From assembly GCF_001412615.1 (NCBI RefSeq), contig NZ_CP013011.1, positions 1,140,001 to 1,172,000 of the forward strand: a stretch of DNA of 32,000 bases, given 5' to 3'. The stretch is from Pyrodictium delaneyi (GTDB lineage: Archaea; Thermoproteota; Thermoprotei_A; Sulfolobales; Pyrodictiaceae). The notes under the pieces are model-generated. The model made no database searches. It was not told the origin of the DNA and saw nothing but the letters and a program-made list of their open reading frames with translations. How positions within the stretch are numbered: the stretch's first letter is position 1; each line of letters opens with the position of its first letter. Shown piece by piece: positions 17,693-26,779 of the stretch. The translations under genes and the position numbers were made by a program.

Positions 17693-19699
17693 ATGACAAG
17701 CTTTGATATAGCGGCGGTTGTGCAGGAGCTTAAGCAGTTGCAGGGCCTTAAGCTTAACAACATATACTATGTTGGAGGTGTCATATTACTTCGGTTTAAG
17801 GGTCTAGGGAGGGATGTACGTGTAGCCATAGTTCCGGGCGAGCGCATTCATTTGACCTCCTTCGACATCAGTGATAAGGGGATGCCACCCCCGTTCATAA
17901 TGGGGTTTAGGAAGTACATACGCGGTGCAAGTCTTGTAGAAATACAACAGCGAGGGTTTGACAGAATAGTTGAGATGGCATTTGAAAGTAGTGGGCACAA
18001 GTACAAGTTCATAGCCGAGATCCTTCCCCGCGGTGTGGCCGTACTCGTTGACGAGGATGGTAGGATACTTCAGTTAGATGAGCAACGCGTGATGAAAGAC
18101 CGGGTGGTAAAGCGTGGCGCCAACTATGTTCCTCCGCCCGGCTCGAGTCTTCATCCGTTGGAGCTCAGTGTAGAGCACGTGGCTGGTGTCGTGGAGGGAG
18201 AGGGTGAGGCAGCGCGCACACTCTCTAGGGCTCTAGGTTATCCCGGCGAGGTGGTAGAGGAGGCGCTAGCGAGACTCCGCGTAAATCCGTCCGACAGCGT
18301 TACTGCTCTCCGTGGCCGCGAAGAAGAGTTGGTCGAGACGCTCCGCGCAATTTACAAGGAATCCCTAGAGCCGGGGGCCTACATCCTTTACGACGAGGGT
18401 GGCTCCCCGGTAACAGTTGTACCCTTCGAACCCCGAGGGCTCATCGAGAGGTATGATTTGAAGGTTGTCGCAAAGCAGAGTCTCAGCGAGGCGCTGGACC
18501 AGTACTTTGTAGAGGAACTCCGCAGGCTAGAGGCCGACACGGCGACGCGCGAGATAGAGGCGGAGCGTAGAAAGCTGCTGGCTTCGCTGGAGAAGGCTAA
18601 GCGGAATCTCAGAGAGCTAGAGGAGAAGCTCCAAGCCATAGAGAAGAGGGCTCAGCTACTCGCCGAGCGTATGGCCGAGGTGTATGAGGCTCTTGAGTGT
18701 GCAAGGCGGCTTCGCGAGACAGCTGGCTGGGAGCATATACCGGGCACGTGTCCCCGGGTTGTTGATGTACAGCCGGCCCGCGGTGTTATAGTCCTGCAGC
18801 TCGGAGACGAGCTTGTTGATGTCGACATAAGGAGTGATCCAAGCCGCGTCGTAGTAGATCTCTACCGGCGTGCGGGCGAGATACGTGCTAAGATAGAGCG
18901 TGGTCGTCGTGCAGTCGAGGAGGTCGAGCAAAAGCTGGCAGAGTTGGAGAAGAAGGCGGTTATGAGAGCGAAGAGAGCACGCGCGGTTGTGCGCCGCCGG
19001 GAGTGGTATGAACGCTACCATTGGCTCATTACGAGCAGTGGGCTTCTCGCAATAGGCGGTCGGGATGCCAGTCAGAACGAGTCTGTGGTGAAGCGCTACC
19101 TGACAGACAAGAGGATATTCATGCATGCAGACGTGCACGGAGCGCCGGCAGTGGTATTGTTCGCGGAGGGCCAGGAGCCGTCAGAGAAAGACTTGCAGGA
19201 GGCGGCTCTACTTACTGCAGCGTACTCCAAGGCATGGAAGGCTGGTGTAGGCTCTGTAGACGTATACTGGGTCTGGGGTAACCAGGTCTCGAAGTCGCCG
19301 CCACCCGGAGAGTACCTAGCTCGGGGCGCCTTCATGGTATACGGTAAGAGGAACTACATACGCAACGTGGAGCTACGGCTTGCTGTGGGTGTGGGAGCCG
19401 AGGATGAAGCCCCAGTAGTCATTGTGGGACCGGTAGAGCTAGTCCGCAGGCGTAGCATAGTGTATGCAATCCTAGTCCCAGGCGACGAGGATCCAACGAA
19501 GCTAGCCCAGCGGATGAAAAAGCTGTTTGCGAACAAGGCGGCGGAGGAGTATAGGCCTATAATAGAGGCGTTAAGACACGACGAGATTAGGGAAAGACTG
19601 CCAGGGCGATCGAGAATAGTGTATATTGGCCGGGGTGAAGCCGTTGAACCGCCAAGACCCCTTAGAGGTCTACGTGGAGAAGAGGGTTCAGAAGCTTAA
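17693..19699 (+). CDS. NFACT-family protein (Rqc2/FbpA homologue, NFACT-N plus coiled coil plus NFACT-R/DUF814)
   Basis: N-terminus MTSFDIAAVVQELK, a long central coiled coil, and a C-terminal GRDASQNESVVKRYL..IFMHADVHGAPAVVL motif. The ORF track starts at TTG 17672; ATG 17693 matches family N-termini. Confidence 0.85.
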   Translation: MTSFDIAAVVQELKQLQGLKLNNIYYVGGVILLRFKGLGRDVRVAIVPGERIHLTSFDISDKGMPPPFIMGFRKYIRGASLVEIQQRGFDRIVEMAFESSGHKYKFIAEILPRGVAVLVDEDGRILQLDEQRVMKDRVVKRGANYVPPPGSSLHPLELSVEHVAGVVEGEGEAARTLSRALGYPGEVVEEALARLRVNPSDSVTALRGREEELVETLRAIYKESLEPGAYILYDEGGSPVTVVPFEPRGLIERYDLKVVAKQSLSEALDQYFVEELRRLEADTATREIEAERRKLLASLEKAKRNLRELEEKLQAIEKRAQLLAERMAEVYEALECARRLRETAGWEHIPGTCPRVVDVQPARGVIVLQLGDELVDVDIRSDPSRVVVDLYRRAGEIRAKIERGRRAVEEVEQKLAELEKKAVMRAKRARAVVRRREWYERYHWLITSSGLLAIGGRDASQNESVVKRYLTDKRIFMHADVHGAPAVVLFAEGQEPSEKDLQEAALLTAAYSKAWKAGVGSVDVYWVWGNQVSKSPPPGEYLARGAFMVYGKRNYIRNVELRLAVGVGAEDEAPVVIVGPVELVRRRSIVYAILVPGDEDPTKLAQRMKKLFANKAAEEYRPIIEALRHDEIRERLPGRSRIVYIGRGEAVEPPRPLRGLRGEEGSEA

Positions 19700-19934
19700 G
19701 CTCTCAGCCCTCCGCATAGCCCTGGGCATGGTGGCAGGGCTCTCGACGATGGCGATGCCGGGTGGATGCCTCGTGAGCCTTGCAGTATACTCACTAATGC
19801 TGCTGGCTAGTAGTCTTTACGCGGAAAAAAGGTACACACTCCTCGAGAGTTATGAGCCATACACCACTGGTATAGTGAGCGGGCTCGCGGCCTACATCCT
19901 AGGAGTCTTCTTCGCCTCCGCACTCGCTTCCTAG
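19626..19934 (+). CDS. small hydrophobic protein (2-3 TM helices), hypothetical
   Basis: The ORF overlaps the NFACT 3' end. Possible starts are TTG 19626, GTG 19635 or ATG 19728. It shares a CTAG overlapping-stop arrangement with the convergent SPOUT gene. No family recognised. Confidence 0.35.
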   Translation: MAGVKPLNRQDPLEVYVEKRVQKLKLSALRIALGMVAGLSTMAMPGGCLVSLAVYSLMLLASSLYAEKRYTLLESYEPYTTGIVSGLAAYILGVFFASALAS

Positions 19935-20602
19935 GCCTGTCCCTCTAGCTCTCGGACCTCCTCGTAGGCAAGGCCGCGGGCCAAGAGCTCCTCAAGACCT
20001 GGTGCAAAGAGTGGACGGCCATCCACGAGGGGGTAAGAGAAAGGTAGCTCGACCTCTACGGAGACCAGGTCATCGAGCTGGATTTCGAGACGTGGACGGT
20101 GTACAAGCGGAATACTAGCTGGGTGAACACCCTCTAGCGCCTTTATGGCGACGTAGGCTGCGCCGTCTATGCTCAGCTGGTGAGGACCAAGACTACGCGC
20201 TATCATGCCTTTAGCCCGGCTAGTCAGCATCTCCCATGTACGACGTCGTGGGGGGTGATCGCCAAGAATGCCCCCGATCACTATAGCATCAGCCCTGGCA
20301 GCCTCTTCGGGGTCTAATAGTCTATCAGCCGAGGGGTCGAGGATTATCACACGTCTGCGCTCGGTATAGAGCACACCCTCGAGGTCGAGGAGGCTCTCCC
20401 GGTAACAAGGGGCTAGCCTCGACAGCTTGCCGCAATATTCTCTACCGTTTGTGAATACGAGACGTTTGCCGGCTAGGCTGCTTACGTGCTGGTACTCTAG
20501 CATTATCCAACGCGAGGTGTGGTCCTCAAGATGCTCTATCACTATCAGTGGTCTCTTTGCTAGATCTCCATAGCTCTTTGCGTAGCGCTTCGAGAGGCTC
20601 AT
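19931..20602 (-). CDS. SPOUT-type SAM-dependent methyltransferase, DUF431/Sfm1-like
   Basis: LIVIEHLEDHTSRWIMLEYQHV resembles the characteristic N-terminus of DUF431/yeast Sfm1. IVIGGILGDHPP matches the knot-region Gly motif. The start is uncertain (ATG 20602 or GTG about 20542), and either choice overlaps the upstream gene. Confidence 0.6.
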   Translation of the reverse strand: MSLSKRYAKSYGDLAKRPLIVIEHLEDHTSRWIMLEYQHVSSLAGKRLVFTNGREYCGKLSRLAPCYRESLLDLEGVLYTERRRVIILDPSADRLLDPEEAARADAIVIGGILGDHPPRRRTWEMLTSRAKGMIARSLGPHQLSIDGAAYVAIKALEGVHPASIPLVHRPRLEIQLDDLVSVEVELPFSYPLVDGRPLFAPGLEELLARGLAYEEVRELEGQA

Positions 20603-21428
20603 AGCTTACACCCATAAACTCAGCTGCCGACAGTATCCTCTTGCATGAGGCCCGTAGTGTCTCGAGATGTCTGGGGTACTCTATGTCCCTCGCGAAGTGG
20701 TGGTCGGCTATCACCATGTCTCTGGCGAGATTGCAGAGCATTTTTAGATTCTCGAGTCCCTTCTCAACACTTTCCACATCTATCTTGTAGCCGTCAAAAT
20801 ACGTCGGTGGTCCGCTGAGGAACACTATGTCTGGGCGCCAGTCTCTAAGTACAGCTAGAGGCCTAGAGGAGATAGGTCCCTGGATATCCGAGGCGTGTAC
20901 AAAGGATGAGTCGCAACACCTAATCATAACCATGACAACGTAGCCTAGCTTTGTGCTGTCAGGGCCGTGTGGCATAGGCGGCGAGCCACGGATCTCTAGC
21001 CCCCGGTCTACAACGTAGACATTGTCGTCTATGTACACTACTTCCTTGGCAAGCTCTGCTACACGGTTACGCTTCAACAAGCGGTGAGCACGGATACGCT
21101 GGCTCACGTTTATGTCATGCGTAGGATGTTTTACTAACAGAACCTTGCCCCGATAAAACTCGGCCTCATCACCGTGGTACAAGTAGTGATCGTAGTGATA
21201 ATGAGTGACAACAACCATGTCTGTGTCCTCTAGCTCCCGGTATATCTGCTCGCGTATCTCCTCAAGCCTCTTTAGCTCGAGAGGGTGTGGCGGGAGGCCG
21301 TAGCGACGTGGCGCGAAGCTTACACCAGGATCTACGAATATTTTAACGCCGCCCGCATCAACTACTGTAGCCATCGAGCGTGAACCGAAGCTATCAGCGC
21401 CTACTATCTTGATCCGCAGCTCCGTCAA
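20526..21428 (-). CDS. metallo-beta-lactamase-fold hydrolase (archaeal UPF0282-like)
   Basis: IKIVGADSFGSRSMATVVD plus the HxHxDH motif (VVTHYHYDHY). TTG start. No ATG lies upstream of the conserved N-terminal strand. Confidence 0.75.
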   Translation of the reverse strand: MTELRIKIVGADSFGSRSMATVVDAGGVKIFVDPGVSFAPRRYGLPPHPLELKRLEEIREQIYRELEDTDMVVVTHYHYDHYLYHGDEAEFYRGKVLLVKHPTHDINVSQRIRAHRLLKRNRVAELAKEVVYIDDNVYVVDRGLEIRGSPPMPHGPDSTKLGYVVMVMIRCCDSSFVHASDIQGPISSRPLAVLRDWRPDIVFLSGPPTYFDGYKIDVESVEKGLENLKMLCNLARDMVIADHHFARDIEYPRHLETLRASCKRILSAAEFMGVSYEPLEALRKELWRSSKETTDSDRAS

Positions 21429-21615
21429 GGGCGGAGCTCAGCCCTCCCACGGGCAAGGAGTAGTAGGTATGTAAAGTAGTGTCGGGGTTTCGGTGGCGGC
21501 CGCCAGCCGACAAACCTCCTCACAGCGCTGTAAGGCTCGGCTGAGGGGAAGGCTCCACACCGTGCTGTCCTATAGCCTACTAGCAGACTAGAGAGGTAAT
21601 TAACACTGTCCGCCT

Positions 21616-22032
21616 CTACTCTTCTACAACAGTGTAGCCTTCAAAGACCCACCTGTACTTCTCATATACACGCCTATCTATTATAACATCTCGTCCATCT
21701 ACACTAAACCTAAGCCCTGCAATAGGATGAGAAGGCGGATCAGGGTACCCAGCTAGCTCTGGAGGCTTTTCCCTACCGACATAGATCCATTTCACCCTAG
21801 ACGTCTTTCCGGCCTTGCCGGCGTAGACTACGCGCCACCAATACCTGCCAATATAGTAGTATGTTCGCTGCCCGTTGGCAACCTGTCTCGAGACTATGTG
21901 GAGTGGTTTGAGGTAGAACCCTGCATCACGTATCAAGCTGTTGTAGCGGTATATTCTGCGCTTGTATTCTTCGAGGAATTTCTCCACTGCGTCGAGGCCG
22001 TTGATTACGCGCAGGTACTTGCGCCTAGGCAT
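21616..22032 (-). CDS. conserved-looking hypothetical protein (aromatic/basic rich)
   Basis: 138 aa counted from ATG 22032 (MPRRKYLRV..); the ORF track extends to 22062. Contains NGQRTYYYIGRYWWRVVYAGKAGKTSRVKWIYVG. No TM segments and no recognised family. Confidence 0.55.
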   Translation of the reverse strand: MPRRKYLRVINGLDAVEKFLEEYKRRIYRYNSLIRDAGFYLKPLHIVSRQVANGQRTYYYIGRYWWRVVYAGKAGKTSRVKWIYVGREKPPELAGYPDPPSHPIAGLRFSVDGRDVIIDRRVYEKYRWVFEGYTVVEE

Positions 22033-22091
22033 AGCACGGTCCCAGATGCCAAGGAATAACAATGCAAAAGTTGTGAAAGGGGGAAGTGTAT

Positions 22092-23813
22092 CTACCAGCG
22101 TAGTAGTGGAGGCCTCTTCTCCATGACGCGTTTTCTGGCTTCTGCTAGTAGTTCTTTAACCTTCTCGGGGAAGTCGCTGGGCAGCTTGCGGAAGAGAGGC
22201 TCTGGCTCTCCCAGCACGTGGCCCGGCTTGAGCAGTGGCTTAGATGCTTCTAGCCAACGACCAGACCTGTGCACTGAACCTTCCATGTTGAGCATTCTCC
22301 ACAGCCTTTCGGCGGCGTCTGGTGTGAAGGGTGCTAGAAGTACTGCAAGTGTAGCGACGGCGTTGGCGGCCACATACATAGTAGTAGCTGCGTCTGGGGG
22401 ATCTGTCTTAATCTTCTCCCATGGGGCCTTTGCATTTAGGTACTGGTTGCCTCTCCTGGCTAGTTCTACTACTTCCTCTAATGCTTGCTTCAGCCGGAAA
22501 GACTCTATGTAGCTACCGACTCTATTGGGTGCCAACAATATGTAGTCAAGGTACTCTTTGTCCAGTTCCTTCATATTGCTAGGCTCTGGTACCTTATTTC
22601 CGAAGCGGGACTTTATGAACTTGAGGACACGGTGTACAAAGTTACCTATGTCATCGTTCATATCACTATTCACTATCCTTGTGAACTCGCTCCATGTAAA
22701 GTTAGTATCCTTGGTCTCGGGCCGCATTTTGATGAGCGTAAAGCGCCAATAGTCAGCTGGCAGCAGCTCTAATGCCTCGTCCATCCATATGCCCCAGCGC
22801 CGGCTCTTAGAGAACTGTTCGCCCTCATACATCAGGTACTCTGTCGAGGATATGTACCATGGCAGTGTATAGGGATCACCGCTTGCCATGAACATTGCTG
22901 GTAGTATAATAGCATGGAATGGGATATTATCCTTGCCTATGAAGTATACTGTCCTAGTCTCCTTATCAAACCAATAACGCTTCCAAAGTTCATCGTCACT
23001 CTTTTTCTTTATACCATATTCTTTTGTAGCGGATACATATCCTAGAAGCGCATCAAACCAGACATAGATAGTCTTACCTTCAGCACCCGGGAAGGGTGCT
23101 GGTATGCCCCACTTGTTGTCGCGTGTAACGCTACGCGGCTTAAGCCCCTCTTTGACCCAGTTCAAGCTGTAGTTCTTAACGTTTGGCGGTAAACGAGACT
23201 CTTGAAGCCAGCGTAGCAGCCTCTCCTGCAATTTAGGTAGGTCGAAGAACCAGTGGCGGCTCTTCCTAAACTCCACGGGACCACCGCATATAGCGCATCT
23301 AGGGTTCTTTAGCTCGGTTGGATGTAGTAGCCGTCCACAGTTGTCGCATTGATCTCCATAAGCCTTCTCGAAGCCACAGTAAGGGCATGTACCTACTACG
23401 AATCGATCAGGGAGGAACATTCTATCGCGAGGGCAGTAGGGAAGTACATCGTCTTGCTCGAAGATATACCCGTTCTGGTAAAGCTTCATCATAAACTCCT
23501 GAACGAAGTTCTTGTGGACGGGGCTTTCGGTGCGGGTGTAATTGTCAAAGCTTATACGATACTCCTGGAAGAGTTTGGAGACGTATTCGTGAGCTTGATC
23601 TGTGAGCTGCTTGGGCTCAACGCCTCTACGTATAGCCTCTATCTCTATAGGTGTCCCGTGCTCGTCGCTACCGCTCACGAATACTACGTCCTCTCCGCGG
23701 AGCCTCAGGTAGCGGGCAAACACGTCGGCCGATAGTATTGAGCCTATCAAGTTGCCTAAGTGTGGTACGTTGTTTACATACGGCCATGCTGACGTGACTA
23801 CCCATCGTGCCAT
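22092..23813 (-). CDS. metG: methionine--tRNA ligase
   Basis: HIGH-type motif PHLGN, KMSKS-type motif QFSKSR and zinc knuckles CPYCG..CDNCG / [21 protein letters not shown] is a canonical MetRS N-terminus, so the start is ATG 23813 rather than 23843. Confidence 0.95.
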   Translation of the reverse strand: MARWVVTSAWPYVNNVPHLGNLIGSILSADVFARYLRLRGEDVVFVSGSDEHGTPIEIEAIRRGVEPKQLTDQAHEYVSKLFQEYRISFDNYTRTESPVHKNFVQEFMMKLYQNGYIFEQDDVLPYCPRDRMFLPDRFVVGTCPYCGFEKAYGDQCDNCGRLLHPTELKNPRCAICGGPVEFRKSRHWFFDLPKLQERLLRWLQESRLPPNVKNYSLNWVKEGLKPRSVTRDNKWGIPAPFPGAEGKTIYVWFDALLGYVSATKEYGIKKKSDDELWKRYWFDKETRTVYFIGKDNIPFHAIILPAMFMASGDPYTLPWYISSTEYLMYEGEQFSKSRRWGIWMDEALELLPADYWRFTLIKMRPETKDTNFTWSEFTRIVNSDMNDDIGNFVHRVLKFIKSRFGNKVPEPSNMKELDKEYLDYILLAPNRVGSYIESFRLKQALEEVVELARRGNQYLNAKAPWEKIKTDPPDAATTMYVAANAVATLAVLLAPFTPDAAERLWRMLNMEGSVHRSGRWLEASKPLLKPGHVLGEPEPLFRKLPSDFPEKVKELLAEARKRVMEKRPPLLRW

Positions 23814-23904
23814 AGTCTCCGGGCCCCCGGCGATAGAGTGCACATACTAGGCCCTTGTTATTTTAGGTGCTCTCAGCTAGCCATAGGGTACTCGGGGCTC
23901 CTCA

Positions 23905-24834
23905 GTGGAGCCGAAGACGCCAAGGCATATAGCAGTGGGTAATCTCAACATAGATGTGTACATGGTTGTTGACTATATACCAGGTCCTGACGAAAATTCA
24001 GTAGCTAGAGAGGCCTACATTGGGCCTGGCGGAGCTGCAGCAAACTACTCTGTTGCCGTAGCAAGGCTTGGCCACAAAGTATCCTTGCTGAGTCATACTG
24101 GTAAGCTTGCAGAGCAACTCGGTGTTCTAAAACTACTACAAGAACGCGGAGTAGACACATCATTGGTAAGGATACATGATAACGAAATGCCAGGCATAGT
24201 AATAGTCCTAGTAGCCCCGGGCGGAGAGCGGACAATGATAACCATGCGTGGAGCCAACAACCGGTTACGAGGTGATGAAGTCCAGGGTGTAACGGTCGAT
24301 GTACTTCATGTGGCTAGCCGTGGCACCGACGTACTCCAGCGGGTAATCTCAAGTATACGTGCAGGCCTGGTATCGTATGACCCGGGTGGTGCAGCAGCTC
24401 GTCGAGAGGCATCACGTATACTAGATATTGCACGGAATGCCGTAGATGTGCTTGTGCTCAACCGTGTCGAGTACAAGTTAGTAGTGGGTGACAAGCCATT
24501 CGCCGAAGCACAGAGCTTGCTTAACGGGAGGCTCAAGTACATCATAGTCAAGATGGGTGCTGAAGGCGCTACGCTGATATCACGTGACGGCCTCTGGCAT
24601 GTGGAGGCATTTCGTGCCGGGCAAGTTGTAGACACTACTGGGGCGGGCGACGTATTCATAGCAGTATTTAATTCGTATTTAGTCGAGAAAGGAGACCATA
24701 TCACTGCTCTCCAGGCGGCTTCGATAGCAGCGGGCATCAAGGTTACGCGCAGGGGAGCGCAGAGTGCGCCGAGCAGAGAAGAGATCGAAAGGTTCCTCCG
24801 CGAGAAGCCGCCGAGAGTCCATAAACATGTATGA
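23905..24834 (+). CDS. pfkB-family carbohydrate/nucleoside kinase (ribokinase-like)
   Basis: GPGGAAANYSVAVARLG and the catalytic DTTGAGDVF motif. GTG start. Confidence 0.85.
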   Translation: MEPKTPRHIAVGNLNIDVYMVVDYIPGPDENSVAREAYIGPGGAAANYSVAVARLGHKVSLLSHTGKLAEQLGVLKLLQERGVDTSLVRIHDNEMPGIVIVLVAPGGERTMITMRGANNRLRGDEVQGVTVDVLHVASRGTDVLQRVISSIRAGLVSYDPGGAAARREASRILDIARNAVDVLVLNRVEYKLVVGDKPFAEAQSLLNGRLKYIIVKMGAEGATLISRDGLWHVEAFRAGQVVDTTGAGDVFIAVFNSYLVEKGDHITALQAASIAAGIKVTRRGAQSAPSREEIERFLREKPPRVHKHV

Positions 24835-25225
24835 AGCAGAGCTTAGGCTAGACTGCCGCCTAGCAGATGGCAGGTACTGTGCTCTCTGCTGCTATTCAAC
24901 CGAAATGCCCCTCTCTAGGAAAGACATAGAGCGGATAACCTCTCTAGGCTATAGTATAGACTATTTTGCTGACTACGTGAATGGGGTGCCACGACTGAGG
25001 AACGTCGATGGACATTGCGTCTTCCTAGACCCTTCTACCGGGAAATGTAAGATCTACCCCTATAGGCCTATGGGCTGTCGCCTCTACCCGCTAGTATACG
25101 TGCCAGGCAAAGGAGTGGACGTTGATCCGGAGTGTCCGAGGGCCTATACTATTGATAAAAAGACCGTAGAAAGACTCACACCCTTAGTCATTCGTCTCGT
25201 TGAAGAAATATATGGAAGTCTATAG
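24827..25225 (+). CDS. YkgJ/UPF0153-family cysteine-cluster (Zn/Fe-chelating) protein
   Basis: The Cys pattern C..C.ALCC...C.F....G.C.IY..RP..CR.YP is typical of the CxxCxxCC family. ATG 24827 overlaps the kinase stop (ATGTATGA). The ORF track start at 24764 is probably over-extended. Confidence 0.7.
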   Translation: MYEAELRLDCRLADGRYCALCCYSTEMPLSRKDIERITSLGYSIDYFADYVNGVPRLRNVDGHCVFLDPSTGKCKIYPYRPMGCRLYPLVYVPGKGVDVDPECPRAYTIDKKTVERLTPLVIRLVEEIYGSL

Positions 25226-26779
25226 CGATAATTGTTCTCCTTGTAACCTTCTCCGGAGTACTCGGAATGTTGGTGTGACGCTACGTGGATGGTTAGCATA
25301 TACGTTGTCTAGTCTGCCTGTAGAGGTGTTCCTCGGTAGCTGTTTAAGCGCTGTAGGGTTACGGCGGGCCTCCCCAGCTATCTCCCGGAGGGCACCAGCA
25401 TATTCCTCTATCTGACGCCTCGGCTCAGATTCTGTAAATTCTATCATCAATGCCTCCTCCACTATCAAGGGGAAGTATATGGTTGGTGCATGTAGCCCTT
25501 TGTCGAGCAGCGCCTTTGCCACGTCTTCTGCTGTAACTCCTGTTTCCCGTTTTAACGGCTTAGCGGAGAGGACTAGTTCATGTTTCCTCGGCTTCTCCGG
25601 GTCATATGGGAGTTCGTAGCCATCTACGCTTCTCATCAATGCTATGAAATAGTTTGTGTTAATGACGCTCTGTATTGCGGACTCTCTCAGTCCTCTGCCA
25701 CCCAACATAGCTATGTACACGAACGCCTTAACAAGGGGTATGATGTTGCCGTAGAACATACGTATTCTTCCTATGCACTTCTTGCATTCATAGTCCCAAT
25801 AGTAGCGATCACCCTTCTTGGCTATGAGCGGTCTTGGGAGGTACTCGGCAAGCTCTCCCCGTGCGCAGACAACGCCTGCGCCCGGGCCTCCGCCCCCGTG
25901 AGGCGCGCCGAAAGTCTTGTGGAGGTTTAGGTGTATTATGTCGAAGCCCATGTCGCCGGGCCTCACAATACCCATTATGCCGTTGAGGTTAGCGCCATCG
26001 TAGTACAATAGCGCGCCGATACTGTGGAGCTTATCTGCTATCTCTAGTATGCGGTCCTCGAATATCCCTAATGTATTAGGGTTTGTCAGCATTATGCCAG
26101 CAGTCCGCTCGGATAATGCTGCGTCTAGTGCTTCCATGTCAACAGTTCCGTTTTCAGAAGTCGGTATCCTCACTACCTTGAATCCCGCCATAGCAGCGCT
26201 GGCAGGGTTAGTACCATGAGCGGAGTCCGGGACAAGCATCTCATCTCGGTCCTCGCCCTTGTCTATGAAGTACTTGCGTATCATTAGTGCTCCTGCTAGT
26301 TCTCCGGCAGCCCCGGCGGGAGTCTGCAAGCTGCACCTATCCATACCTGTTAGCTCTGCAAGCCAGCGCTCAAGGAGGTAGAGCATCTCAAGTAAGCCTT
26401 GTACAGTTTCCGGGTCCTGGTATGGGTGCAGGTAGCGTATCCGAGGATCCCTGGCTATTTCCTCGCTTATCTTAGGGTTGTACTTCATGGTGCACGAGCC
26501 TAGAGGCACTGGGCCTACGTCAACACCGTAGCTCATCTGGCTTAGTCGTGTAAAGTGACGTACGACCTCTACCTCGCTAAGCCCCGGTATATTTGGGATA
26601 GAGTCTCGGAACATGTGTCCAAGCATCTCTTCTGGTGTGACGTCGAGTATACGTTCCAGCTCTGCATCCTCGTGGCTATAGGGGCGTACGAATCCGGAGT
26701 TGTTTGGATCTCCTAGCTCGTATACTAGGGGTTCACTCCATCTTGCTTGCCTCCAGCCGCTTCTCAGCTTGAGAGTCAT
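25220..26779 (-). CDS. gcvPB: glycine dehydrogenase (decarboxylating) subunit 2
   Basis: Full-length P-protein C-terminal-half similarity with the PLP-lysine motif HLNLHKTFGAPHGGGGPG. ATGA start/stop overlap with gcvPA. Confidence 0.95.
   Translation of the reverse strand: MTLKLRSGWRQARWSEPLVYELGDPNNSGFVRPYSHEDAELERILDVTPEEMLGHMFRDSIPNIPGLSEVEVVRHFTRLSQMSYGVDVGPVPLGSCTMKYNPKISEEIARDPRIRYLHPYQDPETVQGLLEMLYLLERWLAELTGMDRCSLQTPAGAAGELAGALMIRKYFIDKGEDRDEMLVPDSAHGTNPASAAMAGFKVVRIPTSENGTVDMEALDAALSERTAGIMLTNPNTLGIFEDRILEIADKLHSIGALLYYDGANLNGIMGIVRPGDMGFDIIHLNLHKTFGAPHGGGGPGAGVVCARGELAEYLPRPLIAKKGDRYYWDYECKKCIGRIRMFYGNIIPLVKAFVYIAMLGGRGLRESAIQSVINTNYFIALMRSVDGYELPYDPEKPRKHELVLSAKPLKRETGVTAEDVAKALLDKGLHAPTIYFPLIVEEALMIEFTESEPRRQIEEYAGALREIAGEARRNPTALKQLPRNTSTGRLDNVYANHPRSVTPTFRVLRRRLQGEQLSL

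Noticed and set aside
18420-18440. TTCGAACCC match to the tRNA-Thr T-arm inside the NFACT gene, checked as a possible integrative-element att duplicate
   Set aside because: Only 9 nt are shared and it lies inside a well-supported CDS. No longer copy of the tRNA 3' half is present anywhere in the window.
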